From Ilumatobacteraceae bacterium (GTDB lineage: Bacteria; Actinomycetota; Acidimicrobiia; Acidimicrobiales; Ilumatobacteraceae), in contig DAISXE010000001.1 of assembly GCA_036826015.1 (NCBI GenBank), positions 1 to 59,938 on the forward strand: 59,938 bases of DNA, in the 5' to 3' direction. This document shows, piece after piece, positions 30,680 to 42,504 of this stretch (the stretch's first letter is position 1; each line of letters opens with the position of its first letter). A program made the translations under genes and the position numbers. Under the pieces are notes generated by a model. The model did not search any database, had not been told where the DNA came from, and saw nothing but the letters and a program-made list of their open reading frames with translations.

Positions 30680-31225
30680 GTGAGTGTCGTTTTTCCTTCC
30701 CGCACGGAGATCTTGGCAACGGCAGATATTGACCGTGCCATCAAGCGAATTTCACACGAGATAGTGGAGCGCAACACTGACCTACGTCGATTAGTCATTG
30801 TTGGAATGCAGACCGGGGGAACCTGGATAGCTGAGCGTCTTGCCAAAGGGCTTCAACAGATCGAGCCAACGTGCGAAGTGCCTCTCGGTGCTGTGGACAT
30901 CTCCATGTATCGCGACGATTTCAGTCTTCGGCCCATTGTTTTGAGTGCTCCCACCGACATTCCAGTCGATCTCACTGAAAAGACGATTGTTCTGGTCGAC
31001 GATGTCTTGTTTACTGGCCGCACGGTGCGCGCCGCACTTGAAGCATTGAATGATCACGGACGCCCTCGAGCGGTGCAGTTGGCAGTCATGGTTGACCGTG
31101 GCCACCGTGAACTACCCATTCGTCCCGACTATGTAGGCAAGAACATTCCCACGCACTTTTCAGATGAAGTTTCAGTTGGGCCAGATGGTGTTTTCGTCAC
31201 TGTGGTGGAAAAGGGGCAAGCGTGA
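30680..31225 (+). CDS. pyrR: Bifunctional pyr operon regulator / uracil phosphoribosyltransferase PyrR
   Basis: I.RAI.RI.HEIVERN and the PRPP motif [18 protein letters not shown]. Start is GTG at 30680 or 30671, downstream of the attenuator. The track ORF from 30575 reads through the terminator. Confidence 0.85.
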   Translation: MSVVFPSRTEILATADIDRAIKRISHEIVERNTDLRRLVIVGMQTGGTWIAERLAKGLQQIEPTCEVPLGAVDISMYRDDFSLRPIVLSAPTDIPVDLTEKTIVLVDDVLFTGRTVRAALEALNDHGRPRAVQLAVMVDRGHRELPIRPDYVGKNIPTHFSDEVSVGPDGVFVTVVEKGQA

Positions 31226-32172
31226 AGCATTTTCTTTCCACTCATGATTTGTCGGTTGATGAGATTGTGCAACTTTTGGAACTCGCAGACCATATGGCTG
31301 AAATCAATTCTCGTGCGGTCCCAAAGGTGCCTGCGCTACGTGGCAAGACAATCGCAAGTGTGTTTTTTGAAGATTCCACACGTACGAGACTCAGCTTTGA
31401 AACTGCAGCTAAGAGACTGTCTGCAGAAGTGATGACATTTTCCGCCAGCACCTCAAGTGTGAACAAAGGTGAAAGTCTTCGTGACACGATTGAAACTCTT
31501 GGGGCAATGGGCGTTCATGCGTTTGTGGTGCGACATAAGTCGAGTGGTGTTCCAAAGCAGATCACACAATGGACCAACGCTGCGGTTGTGAATGCCGGAG
31601 ATGGTTGGCATCAACACCCAACGCAAGCAATGCTCGATGCGTACACCATCACCAGAAATTTTGGCGACAAGGAAAGCATGGCAGGCCGCACAATTGCCAT
31701 TGTGGGCGATATTAAACATTCACGTGTAGCGCGAAGCAATATTGACGTGTTCACGCGAATGGGCGCAACAGTGGTCTTAGTGGCGCCCGACGCTTTGCTT
31801 CCCAGTTCCATCGAGACTTGGAATGTATCTACAGCATCGTCCATTGATGAAGTAGTGGGTCACGTTGATGTTCTCTACATGTTGAGAATGCAACGTGAGC
31901 GCATGGACGAGTCGCTGATTATCAGCATGAAGGAGTACACCGATCTGTACGCCCTGACAGAGAAACGCGCTGCGAGATTGGCTCCACATGCTCTGCTGAT
32001 GCATCCAGGACCAATCAATCGTGGCGTCGAAATGCAAGTTGATCCATCGGAAGTTCCGGGGTCACGCATTCTCCAACAGGTCGCCAACGGCATCTCTGTT
32101 CGTATGGCTGTGCTGTTCTCGTTACTTGGTGGCGAAATCTCTCCAGTGGCATCTCTTGGTGGTGACGCATGA
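31222..32172 (+). CDS. pyrB: Aspartate carbamoyltransferase catalytic subunit
   Basis: FFE.STRTR.SFE, HPTQA.LD, H.RVARSN and HPGP.NRG.E. Confidence 0.95.
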   Translation: MKHFLSTHDLSVDEIVQLLELADHMAEINSRAVPKVPALRGKTIASVFFEDSTRTRLSFETAAKRLSAEVMTFSASTSSVNKGESLRDTIETLGAMGVHAFVVRHKSSGVPKQITQWTNAAVVNAGDGWHQHPTQAMLDAYTITRNFGDKESMAGRTIAIVGDIKHSRVARSNIDVFTRMGATVVLVAPDALLPSSIETWNVSTASSIDEVVGHVDVLYMLRMQRERMDESLIISMKEYTDLYALTEKRAARLAPHALLMHPGPINRGVEMQVDPSEVPGSRILQQVANGISVRMAVLFSLLGGEISPVASLGGDA

Positions 32173-33455
32173 GTGAAACGAAATCAATCGTCATCCGCGG
32201 AGCAACAGTCGTCAACCCAGATGCAGTGTTTGAAGCCGACGTACGTGTTGTCGGTGCGCTCATTGACGCAGTAGGGGATGCACTCGAGGGCGACATCGTG
32301 CTTGATGGCAAAGGTTGCTATGTCTCTTCAGGGTTCGTCGACCTGCACACACACTTGCGTGAACCAGGAAAAGAAGAAGCCGAAACTATTGAATCGGGAA
32401 GTCGTGCCGCAGCGCTTGGTGGTTATACGGCTGTTGTTGCTATGCCAAACACGGATCCGGCTCAAGACAATGTTGCAACAGTGCGATTTGTTCGCGAGCA
32501 AGGCATCAAAGCCAATTTGTGTGAAGTGATGCCATCTGGCTGCATCACGGTTGGCCGCTTGGGCGCAGAGTTGGTGTCTTATTCCGGTCTTGCAGACGAA
32601 GGTGTCACACTTTTTACAGACGATGGCAGTGGGGTGCAGGACGAAGACACGATGAAGCGCGCATTGGTCTCTGCGCGTCTAGCCAATGTCACCTTGGCGC
32701 AACATTGTGAAGTCTCGTCACTAACAAACGGTGCTGTGATGCATGACGGAGCATGCTGTTCTTCCTTGGGAGTTCCCGGATGGCCGGCATTGGCAGAAGA
32801 GCAGATGGTGCAACGCGATATCGATCTAGTGCGAGCCACTGGGGCCAAGATGCACTTCCTGCATCTGTCAACACAGGGAAGTGTTCAGTTGGTGCGCGAC
32901 GCAAAAGCTGAAGGTTTGCCCATTACTGCCGAAGTAACACCGCATCACTTGTCGTTACTCGACGAACTCCTGACGAGTTTTGACCCCAACTTCAAAGTCA
33001 ACCCACCTCTTCGCACCGCAGCAGACATCACAGCGCTCAAAGATGGTGTTCTTGATGGCACGATCGATGCGATTGCTACTGACCACGCCCCACACGCCGG
33101 GCACACAAAAGAACAACCATTAGATCAGGCTCCTCCAGGCATGCTTGGACTTGAAACCGCTCTTGCAGTGGTCAATACCGCTATGGAATTAGATGCTCGC
33201 AAGATTGTCGAATTGATGTCTTGGAATCCTGCTCGCATTGCTGGTCTCGATATGCGTCACGGACGTGCAATCGCCGTAGGTGAACCCGCCAATATCTGTG
33301 TGTGGAATACCGCAGAGGTGTGGGAAGTATCGCGCGAGGGTCTTGCAAGCAAAAGTAAAAACACTCCGTATCACGGAATGAATGTTCGAGGACGCGTGCG
33401 ACACACGTTGTTCAACGGACAAATAGTCGTCAACGAAGGAAAGGCAACGCGATGA
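32169..33455 (+). CDS. pyrC: Dihydroorotase
   Basis: G.VDLHTHLREPG, AMPNT.P and TDHAPH. Confidence 0.9.
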   Translation: MSETKSIVIRGATVVNPDAVFEADVRVVGALIDAVGDALEGDIVLDGKGCYVSSGFVDLHTHLREPGKEEAETIESGSRAAALGGYTAVVAMPNTDPAQDNVATVRFVREQGIKANLCEVMPSGCITVGRLGAELVSYSGLADEGVTLFTDDGSGVQDEDTMKRALVSARLANVTLAQHCEVSSLTNGAVMHDGACCSSLGVPGWPALAEEQMVQRDIDLVRATGAKMHFLHLSTQGSVQLVRDAKAEGLPITAEVTPHHLSLLDELLTSFDPNFKVNPPLRTAADITALKDGVLDGTIDAIATDHAPHAGHTKEQPLDQAPPGMLGLETALAVVNTAMELDARKIVELMSWNPARIAGLDMRHGRAIAVGEPANICVWNTAEVWEVSREGLASKSKNTPYHGMNVRGRVRHTLFNGQIVVNEGKATR

Positions 33456-34540
33456 GCGCTCCCATGACAGAAATTTCACTCGTCCTAGAGGACGGGTCAG
33501 TATTTGAAGGTGAGGCCATTGGCCATATTCCTGAGAATGGCATCGCTGCTGGAGAAGTCGTATTCAATACTGCGCTCACCGGATATCAAGAAGTGATTAC
33601 GGACCCGTCGTATGCAGGTCAAATCATTACCTTCACCACCACCCATATTGGTAACTACGGCGCCACTGCTGCGGATGCTGAATCACGAGGAACATTTGCG
33701 CGCGGTGTCATCGTGCGCGACTTGGCTCGGCGCCGAAGCAATTGGAGAAGCGAAACCGACCTCAATGATTTACTAGTTGCTAACAAACTTCCTGGAATTA
33801 CAGGTCTCGATACGCGTCGACTCACACGACTGCTACGTGATTCGGGTTCTCTGCGTGGTGCATTCGGTACCGCAAGTGAAGCGAATCTGTTATCGGCAGC
33901 TCGAGATGAACATGGAACATCAGGCATCGACCTGGTTTCACAAGTAACCACTCCTCAGCCATATACCTTCGGTAGCGGTAAGTATTCGGTGGTCGCATAC
34001 GACTTCGGGATCAAAACGACAATCCTTCGTTGCTTGTCAGAGATTGCAACTGTCACAGTTGTTCCAGCTCACATGGGGGCTGAAGAAGTTCTTGCTTTGA
34101 AGCCGCAAGGTATCTTCTTGTCGAATGGTCCAGGTGACCCAGAGATGGTGCCGGGAGCTACGGCGGCAATTCGCAGCATCGTTGAAAATGGTGTTCCTAC
34201 TTTTGGAATCTGCCTAGGGCATCAGTTGCTGTCGCGAGCATTCGATGGTCATACCTTCAAGTTGCCGTTTGGTCATCATGGTGGAAATCATCCCGTACGC
34301 AACTTGGCTACTGGTTCGGTTGAAATCACTAGTCAGAACCACAACTTCTGTGTTGATGCCGATTCCTTGTCTGGAGTCGCAGACATCACACATGTCAACT
34401 TGAACGACAACACAAACGAAGGAATGCGTCTACGCAAGCACAATGCATTCAGCGTTCAATACCACCCAGAAGCAGGGCCGGGGCCACATGACAGTCGCTA
34501 CCTCTTTGCTCAATTCGCAGAAATGATGGAGGGCAAGTAA
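33452..34540 (+). CDS. carA: Carbamoyl-phosphate synthase small (glutaminase) subunit
   Basis: EVVFNT..TGYQE..TDPSY.GQI, and the GATase triad region GICLGHQLL...HHG.NHPV. Confidence 0.95.
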   Translation: MSAPMTEISLVLEDGSVFEGEAIGHIPENGIAAGEVVFNTALTGYQEVITDPSYAGQIITFTTTHIGNYGATAADAESRGTFARGVIVRDLARRRSNWRSETDLNDLLVANKLPGITGLDTRRLTRLLRDSGSLRGAFGTASEANLLSAARDEHGTSGIDLVSQVTTPQPYTFGSGKYSVVAYDFGIKTTILRCLSEIATVTVVPAHMGAEEVLALKPQGIFLSNGPGDPEMVPGATAAIRSIVENGVPTFGICLGHQLLSRAFDGHTFKLPFGHHGGNHPVRNLATGSVEITSQNHNFCVDADSLSGVADITHVNLNDNTNEGMRLRKHNAFSVQYHPEAGPGPHDSRYLFAQFAEMMEGK

Positions 34541-37500
34541 TGCCTCGCCGTAATGATTTACACACAATTCTGATTATCGGATCAGGTCCGATTGTTATTG
34601 GGCAAGCATGCGAGTTCGACTACTCGGGCACACAAGCATGTCGTGTCTTGAAAGAGGAGGGGTATCGCGTCATTCTCGCAAACTCGAACCCAGCCACCAT
34701 CATGACTGACCCCGATTTTGCTGATCGCACTTATATCGAGCCGCTGACACCAGAGATATTGGCAAAGATCATTGAACGTGAAAAGCCCGACGCGGTGCTT
34801 CCAACTCTTGGTGGTCAGACCGGCTTGAACTTAGCGATGGCGCTATTCGAACAAGGCCTTGTAGGGGTACCAGGAACTCCTGAACTAATTGGCGCCAATG
34901 CAGAAGCAATTGCCACAGCAGAAGATCGCGACAAGTTCAAACAAGCAATGTTGGAGATTGGTCTCAACGTTCCTCGTAGCGGTATTGCGCACAATATGGA
35001 AGAGGCAGATTCTGTCCTCAAAGAAATTGGATTACCTGTCATCATTCGTCCCGCCTACATCCTGGGCGGTCGTGGCACGGGCATCGCTAACACAATGGAA
35101 GAGTTCGCCAAGCTTGCGCTCAACGGTTTGGATGCAAGCCCCATCCGCGAGATTCTCATCGAGACCTCAATCGTTGGTTGGAAAGAGTACGAACTAGAAG
35201 TCATGCGGGACAAGGCCGATAACTGCGTGATCATCTGCAGTATCGAAAACTTTGACCCAATGGGTGTTCACACGGGTGACTCCATCACTGTTGCTCCTGC
35301 ACAAACCTTGTCGGATGTCGAGTACCAAAACATGCGCGATGCCGCATTTGCTTGTATTCGTCGTGTGGGTGTTGAAACAGGTGGTTCCAACGTTCAGTTC
35401 GCATTGAACCCGGAGAATGGCGACTTGGTAGTCATTGAAATGAATCCACGTGTGTCACGATCTTCGGCATTGGCATCAAAGGCCACTGGCTTTCCTATTG
35501 CAAAGATTGCAGCAAAGTTGGCTGTGGGCTACACGCTTGATGAGATTCCTAATGACATCACGCGTATGACCCCGGCGAGTTTCGAACCAACCATTGACTA
35601 CGTTGTAACAAAGATTCCTCGTTGGGCGTTTGAAAAACTCCCCGGTACTTCTGGTGTGCTCGGAACGCAGATGCAAAGTGTCGGCGAAGCAATGTCTATC
35701 GGTCGTACATTCCCAGAGAGCCTTCAAAAGGGTCTGCGATCTCTTGAGCAGGGCCGTTTGGGGTTGAACTGTGATCCAGGTGAATCTCTGTACGACAACT
35801 TGTTAGACGATGCCCTGTTGGCCAAAGCGGCAATCGCCACTCCAGAACGCATCTTCCAGGTAGGCGAGGCGCTGCGCCGGGGTATGTCTGTCGAACGCGT
35901 ATTTGAAGCAACAAAGATCGATCCATGGTTCTTGGACCAGATGCTCATCATTGTTGATGAGCGTCATGCGCTAGAGGGAACTCCATTGAAGAACGTCACA
36001 CGCTCACAGATGCGTCGCGCCAAACGACTCGGGTTTGCAGATGCTCAGATCGCGTACCTTCTCAAGAGTGACGAAATGTCAGTACGGGCTCATCGTGAAT
36101 CGCTTGGTGTAATCCCTACATACAAGACTGTCGACACGTGCTCGGCAGAGTTCGCAGCGCAAACTCCGTACCACTACTCAACCTATGAAGATGAAAACGA
36201 AGTACGTCCATCCGAACGTCCACGCGTCATTATTCTTGGCTCTGGTCCAAATCGAATCGGTCAAGGTATCGAATTCGATTACTGCTGTGTACATGCGAGC
36301 TTTGCTCTACGCGATGCTGGCTACGAGACAGTGATGGTCAACTGCAACCCCGAGACTGTGTCCACCGACTACGACACTTCTGACCGTTTGTATTTCGAAC
36401 CACTCACACGTGAGGACGTTCTTAATGTCATCGCCGCAGAAACTCTTGCCTCAGGTGGGGTCGCACCGAAGGTGATTGTTGGTCTTGGTGGACAAACTCC
36501 GTTGAAGCTCTCTGGTCTCATCGATCCAGCTCTGATTGCTGGTACTTCGCCGCATTCCATCGACTTGGCCGAAGACCGCGAGAAGTGGAATCAACTTTGC
36601 AACAGTCTGTCTATCCCGCAACCTCCTGGTGGCACAGCCGTCACCATTGAAGAGGCGAGCAAGATTGCGTCATCAGTGGGTTACCCCGTTCTGGTTCGAC
36701 CAAGTTATGTGTTGGGCGGTCGCGCTATGCAGATCGTGCACGACCATGCCGCACTTGAACGCGCAATGGACCAGATGGCTAAAGACGGAAGCCTCGGCAA
36801 AGAAGGTGGCCTTTCTGCGGAACGTCCTGTTCTCATCGACCATTTCTTGGAAGACGCAACTGAAGTAGACGTTGATGCCATTCGTGATCACACTGGTGAA
36901 GTGTTGATTGGTGGCGTTATGGAACATGTGGAAGAAGCTGGGGTTCACTCTGGTGACTCTGCGTGTGCGATACCGCCTCAAACGTTGCCGTCATGGGTAG
37001 TAGAGGTCATCAGCGCCTATACAACTGCTATTGCTAATGCGCTCGATGTTCGTGGCCTCATCAATGTGCAGTTCGCTGTGTTGGGAACAACTGTGTTTGT
37101 CATCGAAGCAAACCCGCGTGCATCTCGTACGGTGCCTTTCGTGGCTAAGGCAACAGGCGTTCCACTTGCAAAAGTTGCAAGTCGTGTCATGCTCGGCGCA
37201 ACGCTTGCAGAATTGCGTGTTGAAGGTTTGCTCACGCCTCCTGTTACTGGTGGACACGTTTCCGTGAAAGAAGCAGTGCTTCCTTTCAACAGGTTCCCAG
37301 AAGTAGACACAGCGCTAGGGCCTGAAATGCGCTCCACCGGAGAAGTGATGGGTATTGATCGCACGTTTGGTCGCGCTTTTGTTAAATCTCAAACTGCGGC
37401 TGGAACTGTATTGCCAACATCAGGAATGGTCTTTCTGTCTCTGAACGATGGGGACAAACCAGCGGGACTTGTGGTTGCGAAGCGTCTGCGCGAGTTGGGT

Positions 37501-37836
37501 CTTGGCATTGCGGCTACAACAGGAACCGCTGCGTACCTGGCCAAGTTTGATCAGACAGTAGATCTGGTGGTGGGGAAGTTGTCGGAGATTGAAGGTTCAA
37601 CAATGGATAACGCAGTTGATTTGGTGGCGCAAGGTGCGATCAGTTTCGTTGTCAACACTCCACATGGTCGTGGTTCTCGTGAAGATGGTGAAGCAATTCG
37701 TAAGGCTGCCAACTCAAACCGCGTGTCGTCAGTTACCACTGTTGAGGCGGCACTTGCTGCGGTCAACGGTTTGTGGGAACAGCGATTGTCTGAAGTTGAA
37801 GTACGTTCATTGCAGGAATATCACGGACGGGCATAA
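34540..37836 (+). CDS. carB: Carbamoyl-phosphate synthase large subunit
   Basis: 1098 aa with duplicated ATP-grasp halves (GSGP..IGQ..EFDYSG., [10 protein letters not shown] / [10 protein letters not shown]) and a C-terminal MGS-like domain. Confidence 0.95.
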   Translation: MPRRNDLHTILIIGSGPIVIGQACEFDYSGTQACRVLKEEGYRVILANSNPATIMTDPDFADRTYIEPLTPEILAKIIEREKPDAVLPTLGGQTGLNLAMALFEQGLVGVPGTPELIGANAEAIATAEDRDKFKQAMLEIGLNVPRSGIAHNMEEADSVLKEIGLPVIIRPAYILGGRGTGIANTMEEFAKLALNGLDASPIREILIETSIVGWKEYELEVMRDKADNCVIICSIENFDPMGVHTGDSITVAPAQTLSDVEYQNMRDAAFACIRRVGVETGGSNVQFALNPENGDLVVIEMNPRVSRSSALASKATGFPIAKIAAKLAVGYTLDEIPNDITRMTPASFEPTIDYVVTKIPRWAFEKLPGTSGVLGTQMQSVGEAMSIGRTFPESLQKGLRSLEQGRLGLNCDPGESLYDNLLDDALLAKAAIATPERIFQVGEALRRGMSVERVFEATKIDPWFLDQMLIIVDERHALEGTPLKNVTRSQMRRAKRLGFADAQIAYLLKSDEMSVRAHRESLGVIPTYKTVDTCSAEFAAQTPYHYSTYEDENEVRPSERPRVIILGSGPNRIGQGIEFDYCCVHASFALRDAGYETVMVNCNPETVSTDYDTSDRLYFEPLTREDVLNVIAAETLASGGVAPKVIVGLGGQTPLKLSGLIDPALIAGTSPHSIDLAEDREKWNQLCNSLSIPQPPGGTAVTIEEASKIASSVGYPVLVRPSYVLGGRAMQIVHDHAALERAMDQMAKDGSLGKEGGLSAERPVLIDHFLEDATEVDVDAIRDHTGEVLIGGVMEHVEEAGVHSGDSACAIPPQTLPSWVVEVISAYTTAIANALDVRGLINVQFAVLGTTVFVIEANPRASRTVPFVAKATGVPLAKVASRVMLGATLAELRVEGLLTPPVTGGHVSVKEAVLPFNRFPEVDTALGPEMRSTGEVMGIDRTFGRAFVKSQTAAGTVLPTSGMVFLSLNDGDKPAGLVVAKRLRELGLGIAATTGTAAYLAKFDQTVDLVVGKLSEIEGSTMDNAVDLVAQGAISFVVNTPHGRGSREDGEAIRKAANSNRVSSVTTVEAALAAVNGLWEQRLSEVEVRSLQEYHGRA

Positions 37837-38783
37837 TGAAACGACGTAGTGAGCGGATTCTCCAACAACTCGGAGAAGTGCAATGTGGCGGGTTAACTCT
37901 CGCTAATCCGTTTATGACTGCGTCTGGTACCAGTGGTCACGATGTCGAACTCGGTTCCTACATGCCGCTTGATCGTTTGGGTGCTGTTGTTGTCAAGAGT
38001 TTGTTTCACGAACCGTGGGAAGGTAACCCTGCGCCACGTGTTCATCTTGCCCAGGGCGGCATGATTAATGCTGTCGGATTACAAGGTCCTGGTGTTGTTG
38101 CATGGATCCACGAATCACTGCCTGTGTTAGAGGCAGCCAATGTCACAACAGTGGCCAGCATTTGGGGTCGCACATTGCATGAGTACGTTCTTGCAGCAAA
38201 TCAATTGCGTGCAGCTGGTCAAAGTATCTCTGCGATTGAAGTGAACTTGTCATGTCCAAACTTGGAAGGTCGAAGTGGCATCATCGCTCACGACCCATCA
38301 CTAGCTGGTCGCATCATTGCTGCAGTCTGTTCAGAGTCGATTGTTCCGGTATGGGCCAAATTGAGTGCGAACACAGATCGCGTTGTTGAAGTATCGACCG
38401 CAGTGCGAGATGCGGGCGCATCGGCAATCACCCTCATCAACACGATGCTTGGTATGCAAATCAGCACACCTACAGGTCGCCCCTCTCTTGGTAATGGCGG
38501 TGGGGGACTGTCGGGTCCTGCAATCCGTCCTATTGCAGTGCGTGCCGTACACGATGTAAAGGCAGCTATGCCCGATGTAGACATCATCGGCGTCGGAGGA
38601 ATCGCATCTGGAAATGATGCAATTGAAATGATGATGGCTGGCGCACGGGCTGTTCAAATAGGTACTGCGAGTTTTGCTTCTCCATCGGCCGTGTGGGACA
38701 TTGCGCGTGACGCTGCAGTTCGCATGAAGGAATTGGGATTTTCATCCTGGGCCGATGTGGTGGGATACGTTCATCGCGTGTAG
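37836..38783 (+). CDS. pyrD: Dihydroorotate dehydrogenase, class 1 (1B-like catalytic subunit)
   Basis: NP...ASGT.G, N.VGLQ.PG, the E.NLSCPN catalytic Cys, GGLSGPAI.P.A.. and G.GGI....DA.E...AGA.AVQ.GTA. Close to Bacillus PyrDI over its full length. Confidence 0.85.
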   Translation: MKRRSERILQQLGEVQCGGLTLANPFMTASGTSGHDVELGSYMPLDRLGAVVVKSLFHEPWEGNPAPRVHLAQGGMINAVGLQGPGVVAWIHESLPVLEAANVTTVASIWGRTLHEYVLAANQLRAAGQSISAIEVNLSCPNLEGRSGIIAHDPSLAGRIIAAVCSESIVPVWAKLSANTDRVVEVSTAVRDAGASAITLINTMLGMQISTPTGRPSLGNGGGGLSGPAIRPIAVRAVHDVKAAMPDVDIIGVGGIASGNDAIEMMMAGARAVQIGTASFASPSAVWDIARDAAVRMKELGFSSWADVVGYVHRV

Positions 38784-38841
38784 GTCTCGTTTCCTTCGTT
38801 GATAGGTGGGCAGAACAGTTGCTCGGAACTATCATTGGATT

Positions 38842-39129
38842 ATGGAAAGCACTACTAGAGATGTTGAGCGTGTCGCTGAGATCCGTGCTCACCGTGTTCA
38901 GGCAGTGCATTTGTCATCCACTTCGAATTTGGCTCAGGTTTTTGCTTCCTCTAATAGCTTCGGCGCTGTGTATCTCGTAAAACTGCTCGACGTGCATCCT
39001 GCGCTGGGCAAAGTAGTTGGTCGCCGACTGATGGATACTTTGGGACTTCCTTCATTTATTACGATCTCGCAACTCGGCAGCACACAACAAAATGAAATTT
39101 TGACGGCATGCGGTGAACAGCATGACTAG
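38842..39129 (+). CDS. mihF: Actinobacterial integration host factor mIHF
   Basis: VKLLDVHPALGKVVGRRLMDTLGLPSF..ISQLGSTQQNEIL matches the mIHF C-terminal HhH-like region (V..LL.SLPGVGK.RA..IM..LGI...RR..GLG..Q...L). Conserved position just upstream of gmk-rpoZ. Start is ATG 38842 or GTG 38806. Confidence 0.65.
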   Translation: MESTTRDVERVAEIRAHRVQAVHLSSTSNLAQVFASSNSFGAVYLVKLLDVHPALGKVVGRRLMDTLGLPSFITISQLGSTQQNEILTACGEQHD

Positions 39130-39676
39130 CCCTTTGATTTTCATCGTGTCTGGCCCAGGTGGTGCAGGCAAGGGAACCATCGTCGATGAATTGATGGCAC
39201 GTGATTCCTCGTTGTGGTTGAGCAAGTCATGGACAACGCGGGCACAGCGCGAGGGTGAACCCGGAGATGCATACGTGTTTGCGTCTCGACAGGCGTTTGA
39301 GGATCGAATCGCTGCCGGTGGTTTTTTGGAGTGGACAGAGTTCCTTGGAAACTTGTACGGATCTCCTTTGCCAGAAGTTGACGCAGGGCGTGACATCGTG
39401 TTGGAAATTGAACTCAACGGTGCTCGTCAGGTGAAGAACGCGCATCCTGAAGCACTTGTTGTATTTGTCCGTCCGCCATCGCGTGAGGAGCAACAGCGTC
39501 GTTTGCAGGGTCGGGGAGACCCAGATGATCACGTGGTGGAGCGTCTACGTAAAGCCGACGAGGAAGAACGTGAAGGCGCGGAATTGGCCGATTTTGTCGT
39601 TGTGAACGATGATTTTGAGCGCGCAATCGCAGAGATACAGGCATTTATCGGTGCAGCGAGAGACTCACGCCGATAA
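39122..39676 (+). CDS. gmk: Guanylate kinase
   Basis: VSGPGGAGKGT P-loop, S.TTR..R.GE..G..Y.F, and F.EW.EF.GN.YG. Confidence 0.9.
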   Translation: MTSPLIFIVSGPGGAGKGTIVDELMARDSSLWLSKSWTTRAQREGEPGDAYVFASRQAFEDRIAAGGFLEWTEFLGNLYGSPLPEVDAGRDIVLEIELNGARQVKNAHPEALVVFVRPPSREEQQRRLQGRGDPDDHVVERLRKADEEEREGAELADFVVVNDDFERAIAEIQAFIGAARDSRR

Positions 39677-39702
39677 CCTTGAGGCGACTTCGGAGGTCCC
39701 CC

Positions 39703-40059
39703 ATGTCCCGTCAAAACGACTCCATGATTCACCCACATATCGAAGGTCTTCTCGACCGCGTTGACTCGAAGTTCAGCCTCGTCACGCTTGCTTCGTACCG
39801 TGCACGTCAAATCAATTCGTACTTCAACCAATTGGGTGAAGGTCTTGGCCACATGATTCCACCTCAGGTGTCATCGGTTGCTCGTAAGCCTTTGTCCATC
39901 GCTTTTGAAGAAATCGCTGCCGACAAAATTGTCAAGATCGAGCGTTTGCCGTTCGACGAACTTGATGAACTCGAAGCAGAAGCTGCAGCCATCTTTGGTG
40001 ATGTGTCTGAAAATGGAATCGCACTAGATGACGAGTCGTCAGATTCTGACGCTGAGTAA
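39703..40059 (+). CDS. rpoZ: DNA-directed RNA polymerase subunit omega
   Basis: I..LL..VDSKF.LV..A..RARQIN.Y, with an acidic C-terminal tail. Position after gmk. Confidence 0.85.
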   Translation: MSRQNDSMIHPHIEGLLDRVDSKFSLVTLASYRARQINSYFNQLGEGLGHMIPPQVSSVARKPLSIAFEEIAADKIVKIERLPFDELDELEAEAAAIFGDVSENGIALDDESSDSDAE

Positions 40060-40085
40060 ATAACTCCTTCTTTTCTCGATTCATC

Positions 40086-41300
40086 ATGTTGGAAAACGTT
40101 CAGGGTCGAAACATTGTCCTTGGCGTATCGGGTGGCATTGCTGCTTACAAGTCAGTAGAACTGTGTCGCCGATTAGTTGACGCCGGTGCGTATGTTGCGC
40201 CCATCATGACGGAAGATGCTCACCGATTTATCGGTCCTGTCACTCTGTCGGCGTTGGCCTCAGAGCCGGTGCACACAAGTCTCTGGGACGATTCTTCTCC
40301 AATTCCGCACACTCGCCTCGGACAAAATGCAGATGTGATTGTTGTAGCGCCTGCAACCGCTCGAGTCATTGCTGCTTATGCAATGGGTCTGTCGCACGAT
40401 GTTTTGGTCGCCACATTGATTGCCACGCGTGCACCGGTGGTGTTGTGTCCCGCAATGCACACCGAAATGTGGGAACACCCAAGTGTTCAACACAACATTG
40501 AAGTTCTGCGTTCGCGTGGAGTAATCATCGTGGAACCACAAGCAGGTCGCCTCGCCGGTGGCGATATTGGTACTGGACGACTTGCCGACACTGACTCCAT
40601 TGCCAGTGCCATTGATTCTGTCCTCGCTGCCTCCCATGATCTTTCAGGGGTGTCAGTACTTGTGACTGCCGGCGGCACTCGCGAACCCATCGACGCAGTG
40701 CGTGTAATCGCAAACCGCTCATCGGGTAAACAGGGCTACGCCGTTGCAGAGAACGCTGCGCGTCGCGGTGCCATTGTGACTCTGGTAACCACCGTTGATA
40801 GACCCACTTTGGCAAGCATCACGGTGATTCCAGTAGAGACTGCTGACGATATGTTGCGTGCCGTTGCCTGTCACAGTGATTCAAGCGATGTCATTATCAT
40901 GAGTGCCGCAGTGGCAGATTTTCGACCAGTGCATCGTTCTGATGGAAAGATCAAGAAGGCCGACGGAGTTCCCGAGATTGTCCTTGAAAAAACGCCTGAC
41001 ATTTTGGCTGGGCTTGGTGCTCGCAAGCGCGAGGGTCAAATACTTGTTGGATTCGCAGCCGAAACCGAAGACCTCATAGCGCACGCCCAAGACAAGCTGG
41101 TTCGAAAGAATCTCGACCTCATTGTTGCCAATGATGTGTCGGCCCCAGGGGTGGGTTTCAGTCATGACACCAACGCGGTCACCATTTTGGGCGCTGGCGG
41201 GGTGCTGCAAACAGTCGCTTTGACCGACAAACACCACATCGCCACTGCTGTATTAGATAGCGTGGTTGAGTTGCGGTCGAACCATAGCCCACACAAATGA
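40086..41300 (+). CDS. coaBC: Bifunctional phosphopantothenoylcysteine decarboxylase / phosphopantothenate--cysteine ligase
   Basis: [11 protein letters not shown] flavoprotein domain, PAM...MW.HP, then TAGGT.EPID.VR.I.N.SSGK.G and AAVADFRP. Confidence 0.9.
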   Translation: MLENVQGRNIVLGVSGGIAAYKSVELCRRLVDAGAYVAPIMTEDAHRFIGPVTLSALASEPVHTSLWDDSSPIPHTRLGQNADVIVVAPATARVIAAYAMGLSHDVLVATLIATRAPVVLCPAMHTEMWEHPSVQHNIEVLRSRGVIIVEPQAGRLAGGDIGTGRLADTDSIASAIDSVLAASHDLSGVSVLVTAGGTREPIDAVRVIANRSSGKQGYAVAENAARRGAIVTLVTTVDRPTLASITVIPVETADDMLRAVACHSDSSDVIIMSAAVADFRPVHRSDGKIKKADGVPEIVLEKTPDILAGLGARKREGQILVGFAAETEDLIAHAQDKLVRKNLDLIVANDVSAPGVGFSHDTNAVTILGAGGVLQTVALTDKHHIATAVLDSVVELRSNHSPHK

Positions 41301-41310
41301 AGGAGCAGTC

Positions 41311-42504
41311 GTGAGGAATTTCACGTTTACATCTGAGAGCGTGACCGAAGGTCACCCAGACAAGATGGCAGATCAGGTATCTGACTCAATTCTCGATGCC
41401 ATTCTTGAGAAGGACCCACACAGCCGCGTTGCTTGCGAGACATTGCTCACCACCGGTCTATGCGTTGTATCTGGTGAAATCACCACCGATGCATATGTCG
41501 ACATTCCAGCAATCGCTCGTGCAGCAATCAATCGCATTGGTTACAACGACGCCGCATACGGTTTCGACGGCAACACCTGTGGTGTTCTTGTAGCTCTCGA
41601 CGCGCAAAGCGTTGATATTGCACAAGGCGTTGATAAGAGCGAAGAGCAGCGCAGTGGCATGAGTGGTGAAGACATCCTCAACAGCCAAGGTGCAGGCGAC
41701 CAGGGAATGATGTTCGGATACGCATGTAACGACACACCAGACCTCATGCCGCTTCCAATCTGGCTTGCGCACCGCATGGCAGAGCGTTTGACCGAAGTAC
41801 GTAAGAGCGGCCTTGTTCCGTACTTGCGCCCAGACGGCAAGACCCAAGTGACATTTGAATATGTCGATGGTCGTCCGGTGAAACTCAGCACTGTACTTAT
41901 CTCAACTCAGCACCGTGACGGCGTAAATCGTGAGACAGAGATTCGCCCAGACCTGATTGAGCAAGTCATCTTGCCAACCATTCCAGAGGCTTTCGCTGAT
42001 GACAATCCTGCGATCTACATCAACCCAACTGGCAAGTTTGTTTTGGGTGGACCTCACGCAGACACCGGTCTCACAGGTCGCAAGATCATTGTTGACACAT
42101 ACGGTGGTATGGGTCGTCATGGCGGCGGCGCATTCTCTGGTAAGGACCCATCGAAGGTTGACCGCTCTGCTGCATACGCTGCGCGTTGGGTTGCCAAGCA
42201 TGTTGTTGCCAGTGGTGCTGCAGAGAAGTGTGAAGTACAGGTTGCTTATGCGATTGGTATGGCACAGCCCATCAGCATCTTGGTAGAGACATTCGGTACA
42301 AACACTGTGAGCGAAGAGTCAATCGAAAAAGCTGTTCGTGACGTATTCGACCTTCGTCCTGCTGCGATTGTTCGTGACCTCGATCTCAAGCGTCCTATCT
42401 ATGCACAAACTGCTGCATACGGACACTTTGGTCGTACAGGCCCAGGATTTACCTGGGAAGTGTTGTCACGTCTTGCTGACTTCAAGGCGGCTGTCAAACT
42501 CTGA
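41311..42504 (+). CDS. metK: S-adenosylmethionine synthase
   Basis: FTSESV.EGHPDK.ADQ.SD, GAGDQG.MFGYA, and [20 protein letters not shown] at 41311 lies 5 nt after AAGGAG. Confidence 0.95.
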   Translation: MRNFTFTSESVTEGHPDKMADQVSDSILDAILEKDPHSRVACETLLTTGLCVVSGEITTDAYVDIPAIARAAINRIGYNDAAYGFDGNTCGVLVALDAQSVDIAQGVDKSEEQRSGMSGEDILNSQGAGDQGMMFGYACNDTPDLMPLPIWLAHRMAERLTEVRKSGLVPYLRPDGKTQVTFEYVDGRPVKLSTVLISTQHRDGVNRETEIRPDLIEQVILPTIPEAFADDNPAIYINPTGKFVLGGPHADTGLTGRKIIVDTYGGMGRHGGGAFSGKDPSKVDRSAAYAARWVAKHVVASGAAEKCEVQVAYAIGMAQPISILVETFGTNTVSEESIEKAVRDVFDLRPAAIVRDLDLKRPIYAQTAAYGHFGRTGPGFTWEVLSRLADFKAAVKL

